Part shown: positions 53,346 to 64,000 of the stretch, in pieces | Numbering within the stretch: the first letter of the stretch is position 1 | Layout: each line of letters starts with the position of its first letter | From: the human T2T-CHM13v2.0 reference genome, Homo sapiens | DNA: 64,000 bases | Strand: one strand, 5' to 3' | NCBI RefSeq assembly: GCF_009914755.1 | Contig: NC_060926.1 | Translations under genes and position numbers: made by a program | Notes under the pieces: model-generated | The model's database searches: none | Told to the model about the DNA's origin: nothing | The model's input: only the letters and a program-made list of their open reading frames with translations

Positions 53346-54840
53346 GGGGGCTAAATATAGTGGACCAGTGACAGCACAGAATGGTAAAATGGAGTGATTG
53401 TTACTTACATCACAACCCTTCATCTCTGTTGATGGACACTAAAATCAAAGTGGCAATTACTCAGAGTTGGGAGTCATTGAGTTGCATCATTGTTGTTTAG
53501 AATCATTGACAGTTTGAGCTCTAAGTGATTACAGAGATGGTTTCCTCAGCTACAGGTAAATAAACAAAGGCACAGAGAAGTAAAGTGACTTCTAGAGGGC
53601 TTCATTGATATTTAGCAGCAGAATCAGAGCTAAACAATGAGTCTCTCATCTCCAGCCTTTCTATTCTTGTTTCCTAGGTTGGGATTTTGGGAAATAGTGC
53701 AGAGAGATTAGCAGTAGTGACATGGAACAATGTGAGCCTCAGCTTCCATCCCTGAGGCTGCCTTCATCTGCCAGGGAAATGTCTCTGTGTGCAGCCTTGC
53801 CCTCTGCACACAGTGTGTATGGCCACCTGAATAAGTGTCCTTTCATAGCGACTAATGGATTGAAATGGGTGCTAGAGCAGTGCTTCTAAAAACTCCATGT
53901 ATTAATCATCTAGGGGTCTTACCAAAAACGCATGCAGATTCTGATTCAGTAGGTCTGGAGTGGGGCTTGACATTCTGCACTTGTAACACATGGACCACAC
54001 TTTGAGTAGCAATGTATTAGATCATTCCAGTGGAAACATGTATGAGTGATGGAATGAACAGATATAATTAATCCAGGTCTGGTAAGTGAGGTACTGATAC
54101 ATATTAAGTTGAAGTGAATTTCACATCAAAAATAATGGTTACACAGTGACTTTTACTGCCCCCAAATTCTTTCCTTTTGAGTGGTTTCAAAGTGAACTGA
54201 GCCAGCCAGGTTAAGTCCCTGGTTTAGTGTGTGATTAGAAGATTTGATCCAGCTTTCTCCTCCTTCTAATTCTTTAAATATGCAATGGCCTTCTAGAAAC
54301 TTGTCTCTCAGGCTCCCCATGAGCCACCTGTCTTAATATCTTCCCCCCCAGGACATTTCCTGGGTCAAGGAAGGAATCAGGGACTAGGAAAAGTAGAAAG
54401 GTTGCCTGACAGTGAGAAACTTTTTGCACTCCTATTTGTTCAATTCTAAAATGTGGGTATTGTTGGGGCTTCTAATTGGAATCTAACCTGAAATTCAGGC
54501 ATGTCTAGCTATATATGACCAAGAATTAGGATGAGTTCACTAGAAGCCTATTTTCAGGAGAGCGGTCAGTTAAATTGAAGTTTATGGGTTTATGGTAATG
54601 GGTTGGGGAGTTTACTTCATTAGCAATAGCAACGTTTTTGAATCAGAGAAGTGATTTTGAACACACTGTACATAGTTTTCTCACTTAGATTTATCTCTGG
54701 GTCAACCCTTGTTGGACCTATATTAGAATCATTTAGTGAAGAAAAGGTGGGTGTCATTAGGAAAAGAGCCATTTATTCAAATGTTCTGTTTGACATTAGG
54801 GCACTGGCAAGACTACAGAATCAATAGATATTTAAAAACA

Positions 54841-56700
<1,860 letters not shown>

Positions 56701-57269
56701 AATCATTAAGTGGGGGACTGATAGCCTTAGGGCTTCGGAATATTGTTTATATTTTCAAAACATTGTCCAAACTCTTATTGTATTTAAATCTTGTGAGTAG
56801 TTTAGAAATTCTATTGTTGAATTAAACAAATTTATTATCATATTTTAAGTTTTTCAAATATTTTATCCAATTTGCTTTGAAATGTCTTTAAGAATAGAGA
56901 AAACCTAAATTTTTAGGAATTATCTGAAGCCATAAAGGCCTTTGTGTACTTTATATATAAATAGACATACTGTTTTATGGATATTTATTTTCTGGCCAGT
57001 ATAATAGATAACTTTTTATTAAAGCTGGGAGTCTCAGGTTTATAACGTGATCACTGTTTGTTTTGTTTGGAGAAAACCAAGAAGAAATAAAAAATGTAAA
57101 TCACCAATTAGGCGATATACTAAAGAATTTCTCCATTTGGATCTGCCTTTCCTGATAATTCTTCTCCTCTTTAGCCTAAATATCTTGTTTGCATGGAAAA
57201 TTATCAAAACAATCAATATGTCAAACCAAACACTCTAGCAGTCTACTATAATACATTCATTGTGTTTTC

Positions 57270-58120
57270 TTTTTTAAACTTTATTTTGAAATAATAGTTA
57301 CTGAAAAAGTTGAATGAACAGTGGAGTTCATATATACCATTCTCCCAGATTCCTCTAATGTTAAAAACTTAACCATAGTATAATGATCAAATCTAGGAAA
57401 TTAATATTGGTACAATACTATTAATTAAACTACAGAATGTATTAGAATTTCATCAGCTTTTCCTCCTAATATCCTTTTTCTGTTTCAAGATCCAATCAAG
57501 AATGCCATGGTTCCATTTGTGTATTTAGTTGTTGTATCTCCTTAGTCTCCTCAAATCTGTGACCATCGCCTGGTCTTTATGACCTTGACAATTTTGAAAG
57601 TATTGGTTAGTTGTTTTATAGAATGTTTCTCAGAATAGGTTTGTCTGACATTTTCCTTAATTACATTAGAATTCTGTTTTTGGTAAGAATACTGCAGAAG
57701 TCATGTGTCCTTATCAGTGTATCAGATTGGAGTCCAGTATGTCAACAAGCCCTATTACTAGTGACGTTAACCTTGATCACTTGGCTAAGGTGGTGTCTGC
57801 TGAGTTTCTTCACTATACAGTTGTTATGTTTCCTTTTGTAATTTATAAATAGCATGAGCTATTTGGAGACTATGTTAATATCCTGTATCTCCTCAAACTT
57901 TTGCCCACTGGCTTTGGAATTTATTTTTGGATATTGCCTGTAATGATTATTACTGTGGTTGCTTAATGGTAACGTTGTATTTCCCTAATTCCTTCTTCAT
58001 TTATTAATTGAAATTTTTCTGTAAGGAAGAGCTGTTATTTCTCCCCCCATTTATTTATGTAACTATTTATTTATATCAGTATGGACTCGTGGGTATTGAT
58101 TTCCTTCTATGGGTTCTATT
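57270..58120 (-). mobile_element. L1MC-type 3' region
   Basis: gttaaccttgatcacttggctaaggtggtgtctgc and related L1MC 3' UTR tracts. Confidence 0.6.
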
Positions 58121-58149
58121 ACTCTGTTTTAATTTTAAAGTATGAATAA

Positions 58150-59475
<1,326 letters not shown>

Positions 59476-61384
59476 TGGCCTTTGAGTCTAGAACCCAGCC
59501 CTCTGGGTCTTGAGAGCAGAGGTGAAGACCTCTTTTTGTGAATTTGTGAGTAACCTTGGATGGTTACATTGAGTAGGAGAAAAAACAGAGGCAATGATGT
59601 TAACCACTGTGGACTCCAGACCCTTCCTCAGTTTTCCAGTGGTAGAGAGAACCTCAGTGATGACTGAAATTTACCTTCTCTTTTATAGGTTGGTCACTGT
59701 GGGGGACTGAGTGAGCAGACTTAATTTGATTTAGGTAAATGAATGTGACATTTCTTACAGCTGAATGTAAAATGTAGTAACACTACATTATCATGGTGGC
59801 AGGAAATAAAGTGCAGGTGGATTGTAGGGCAACAGGAAGTCAAGTGCTCTGGTGACAATGGTGATTTTACAGATGATGGAGCCAGCTGGCTTCTTTGGAC
59901 AGGTTTGGAGACCATGCAGGAGAGAAAGACAAATTAAAAACTGTGAATATCTCCTTGAGAACAAAGTGGACAATCAGCAAAACTTCATGGCGGAAGGCAT
60001 CCCTCATTTCTTGCAGTTCCAGGGAAGAAATAAATGAAAACGAAGCTTAGTGCTTCCTGCTAAGGGCTACAGTTGTACAGGACCGATTAATCACTTAACC
60101 TGCCAGGTTTGTTATGCCGAAGTCAGGGCACTGATGGGGAAGGAGTTGACTCTGAGACACCATATGGGGACGTTTGATCAGGCATATATGAGTTGAGAAC
60201 TTTGAACCTTCGTATGTCCTTGAGGCTCCATTGACAACTGAGGTAGACAATCACTCTCCTTTCCCACTGCATGTGAAGCATTTGAGTGTCTGCACCTGAG
60301 CCAAGTTGCCTCACAGGCTAATAAGAGGTCTCCTCATGACCCCCATGGAGCACTGACAGGGAATTTACAAGGCTACTGTGAAAGGAAATGGCCTAAACTC
60401 CAAAAAGTTAAAGAAACTCGTCAACCGGATATTGTTCATGGAAATATATTCTAAATGTGTTCAACCAAGATTGGGCTGAATTTGTCAATAAGGGTGGGCC
60501 CATCTGGGATTTGGGATGCAATGAATTGATTTGAGTACCTGGAGGTAATGTTAGTTTATTGTCTGCTAGGTTGACTAATGGATGCTTAGATATGGTGGTG
60601 GTTTACAGTCAGTAAGGCTGAAATACTATAATTTCTTCGACATAATGTAATGATCCTTAAAATTGGAGCTTTAAAAAACATTGATGCTTGAGTGACTCCC
60701 TGGAGATTCTTATTTAAGTGGTTTGTGTTGCCATGTGGACAGAGGGATTTAAAGAATGTCCTTAGGTGATTTTCACATGTTGCTAAGGTTGAGTGATTTC
60801 TGTAAAGGAAAATCAGGGATGAAGATGCTGGAGTACATCTATTATGTGCAATCCACATAGCTGTCCATTAATCACACACCTCAGGATGACCAAGGGACTA
60901 AGAAGAAATGTATTGGCGAGGGGCACACCGGCATCCAGGAGAGCTCACTGGTAGCTTCCCTCTCTAGGCTGGAGGTGATGGTGTGGGTGCTGCAGCAGGT
61001 TTTCAGCTTTGATAGGAATTAACAGGATTGCAGAGTGGAGGAGGCCAGATGGTGGCACCTCTCATCATAAACAAGGTGAGTGAAATGATCACAGTTAACC
61101 ACAGGGGCAGGATACCAAATAGAGTATTTGAACTTCAGGACCCCGTGGCAATGACAAATTCATCTCAGGGTCTGTAGAAATGAAATACATGGAAAAGCTT
61201 CTAAGGTGCTGCTTAACACATATGGGAGGAAGATTTTTAGGTCTGGTGTACAGAAAAGAACTCAAATTACTGTGGTGGAAATGTATAGCTTTTTACCCAA
61301 TTTCCAGGTCTAAGGAAGATCGAAGCCCTGGATTCCTAAGATGAAGGCCAGGTCCATTTGAGGAGGAACTTTGCATAGTGGCAT

Positions 61385-61747
61385 GTTATGGTCTGAATTT
61401 TGTCCCCCCTCTTAATTCATACGTTGACGCCCTAAACCCTACTGTGATTACTTGGAAATAGGGTGTTTCAAGGGGTAATTAAGGTAAAATGAGGCTATAA
61501 AGTGGGTCCCTAATCCAATGTGACTTTGCAATGTGAGGAAGAGACACCAGGGATGCACACAGGGTCATGTGAGAACAGAGAGAAGGCGGCCACCTGTGAG
61601 CCAAGGAGAGAGCCCTTAGGAGACACCAAAACTATTGACACCTTGATCTTGGACTTCCAGCCTCCAGAATGGTGAGAAATGAAGTTCTGTTCTTTCAGCC
61701 ACCCAGCCTGTGATATTTTGTTATGGCAGCCTGAGCAGACTAATACA
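61385..61747 (+). mobile_element. MaLR LTR MLT1A-like
   Basis: TGTTATGGTCTGAA...accttgatcttggacttccagcctccagaa...gcagactaataCA. Confidence 0.85.
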
Positions 61748-62321
61748 TGGTGACTGGTATATAGTAAGAATCTTTCTCCAAGACTTTGCCAGACATACTT
61801 ATGGCCATTTATCAGGGCTATGCAGTGGGAGAGCGAAATAGTATCTGGGGGTTTCAGATACTGCCTCTGTATTGATGGAAATCTCCAGGGGCAAAAAAAT
61901 GCCACAATGGTCCATCAATCACAGCAGAGGATTATAAAGCAGAGGAGACAGATGAACTCTGGGACTGATTTTGTCTAAAGAGGCAGCCTGAGATTATTTC
62001 TTTGGGCTCAAAATGTACAGTGCAACAAGATAAATTTAGTGACTGGCAGGATGTCCACATTGGGTTCCTTCTTATAAAGTGAAAGTTGTTATGGAGAGAG
62101 GGTCAAGGGGAAGCCCCTAGAATTTCTCCTGACCCTCTGCCAAGATGATAAACCAGAAACCCAAAGCAAAACTCCGTCCCTGGGGGAGTGACTAGAGTTA
62201 GTGTCACCGTCACAGACTTGAAAGATATTAGGGTATTAATTTCATATCCCTACTTAATTTGCCTATTCTGCTGGTACAGATACTACATGGGTTGTGGAGA
62301 ATGCCAGTAAATCATTACAAT

Positions 62322-62605
62322 TTTTTTTCCTTTTTTTTGGTTATTTTATTTTATTTTAGATTCAAGGAGCACTCATGCAGTTTTGTCACCTGGGCATATT
62401 GCATAATGGTGAGGTTTGGGCTTCTGGTGTATCCATCACCCAAACAGTGAACATTGTACCCAACAGGTGATTTTTCAACTTTTGCCCTTCTCCCACCCCA
62501 CTCCACTGTGGAATTTTCATGTCTGTTATTTTCATCTTTATGTCCATATGTACCCATTGTTTAGCTCCCATTTATAAATGAGAACATGCAGTGTTTAATT
62601 TTATG
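62322..62605 (-). mobile_element. L1P 3' end fragment
   Basis: T-rich tail; tgtacccattgtttagctcccatttataaatgagaacatgcag. Confidence 0.8.
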
Positions 62606-63829
62606 TAGATGGGCAGAAAGGGATCACCTTACTGGCTGGGCTGATTGATCCTAATTGCTCAGGGGGAAAACTGGATTGCTGCTACTCAGTAGAGGTAAAT
62701 AGGACTATGTCTGGAGCCCAGGAGTTCCCCCGGAACATGTCTTGTTACTCCAGGGAATCTCTTGCTTCTTTCATGTCTGGTAGTTTCAGTCAATGGAAAA
62801 TGGAAGCACCCAATAAAGAAGAGCACTGAGGACCTGGATTGCACAGAAATGGAGGCTTGACTCAACTGTAAGGTGAAGAACAGCATCCAGCAGAGGTGCT
62901 GGCAAATGTAAGCGGAACATGGGATGGATGGTAGAAGAAGGTAGCTATGATTACCAAACTTGGCTTTGGTGAGTAACTACAGAATCAAGGAGTCTCGATG
63001 TTCTATTTAACTGTTTGCTCCCTATCCCTGCCTTTTTCTCTAACCACCTTACATGAGTAACACTGGGGGTGGCTTTTAAAAGTTTCAGATAGGAGTATGA
63101 CTACATTGACCTAATGTGATGATTCAGAATTTCACCTGTGAGAGGGAACACAAATGTCTTACCCAAGAAAGAAGAATATGGTCCTGAGGGGCAAGAGGCA
63201 TGGACTATGCTGGATAACTTCCAATTACCTTTCCAAATCCACCCTCCATGCTTCTCTCCTGGCTGTCTGCCCAGGAGGCTGACCTGCATCTGTGGGCTTC
63301 CTTGCCTTCTGGCTTCTAGTTGCCCTTGGCTTCTGGGTTTGGCCAAGGGGGTGTAGTGAAAGGAACTTAGAGAATGGGAATGTCATGTCGGGTTAAAATC
63401 AGCGTACTTGTGCTAACTTGAATGGGAGTGGGGGTGAGGGAAAGAGGTTTCACAGTGACTCAATGGCCAATTAGATGCTCATGAATTCATGGCTTATTGC
63501 AAGGCTTTCATACACTAGCAATCATGCAAATATATTTTGCAGGGGGTTGGAGAGAGGTGGTTCTCATTGCTCTTTTCCCGGTAGGGCTCCTGGTGGCGAT
63601 GCCAGATGGAAAAAAGGACTCAGAGTTCTCATGAGCAGAGCTTCTACAGGCATCTCGCCATGGCCAGTTTCTTTGTGGTTTTTATGGCCCTGCACAGGAG
63701 TGTTCATAGCCATGATCTCAGCAGCCCTTGGCTTTGCTTTCTTGTCCAGTCTTGGGAGTGCCTGACCACAGCAGGTATATGTAACATTATCCCCTCAGAT
63801 GCATATGTTTATCACTTTGAGGGGTCAGC

Positions 63830-63967
63830 AATTTCACTGTATAGTATCATGCTGTACAGGTTTGTACAGGAGCAATAGGCTGTACAATATAGCCTAGGTG
63901 TGTGGTAGGCTGTGCCTACACTCTGTGATGTTTGCACTGTGAAACGTCATTAAGCCATGCATGACTG
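63830..63967 (+). mobile_element. Tigger3/MER7-like fragment
   Basis: catgctgtacaggtttg...ggagcaataggct...tatagcctaggtgtgt...gcatgactg|TA. Confidence 0.65.
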
Positions 63968-64000
63968 TATTCCCTGGTTCCTTTCCCATGGGGTCACTGC

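Larger units (their letters stand above)
60370..63140 (+). mobile_element. ERVL-type internal relic, interrupted
   Basis: Degenerate gag/pro/pol-like tracts, e.g. cctattctgctggtacaga...tggagaatgccagtaaatca and tactggctgggctgattgatcctaatt. Confidence 0.5.

Overview
Primate (most likely human) genomic DNA from the IL-1 family cluster on 2q14. The window holds the complete IL37 (IL1F7) gene on the + strand (about 1.68-9.40 kb; IL-37b is 218 aa, plus the IL-37a-specific exon). This copy is a divergent allele encoding R50, S54, L108, R164 and N218. The remaining ~54 kb is repeat-rich intergenic DNA toward IL36G, whose coding exons are not in the window. It includes a 5'-truncated processed CDK8 pseudogene (23.15-26.32 kb) with a nested HERV-K(HML-2) LTR5 solo LTR and an L1 tail, plus many Alu, L1, L2, MIR, MaLR/ERV LTR and DNA-transposon relics. 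The most notable structures are four. (1) A ~450-bp inverted duplication 2.3 kb downstream of IL37 whose arms each carry a CTCF-consensus motif in divergent orientation. (2) An inverted copy of the CDK8-pseudogene tail. (3) A stem-loop that pairs the IL-37b AUG. (4) A hydrophobic-leader ORF that could splice in frame to IL37 exon 4. Repeat family names come from recall of consensus sequences, not a database search, and most repeat boundaries are approximate. Most other short ORFs in the track are repeat-derived noise.
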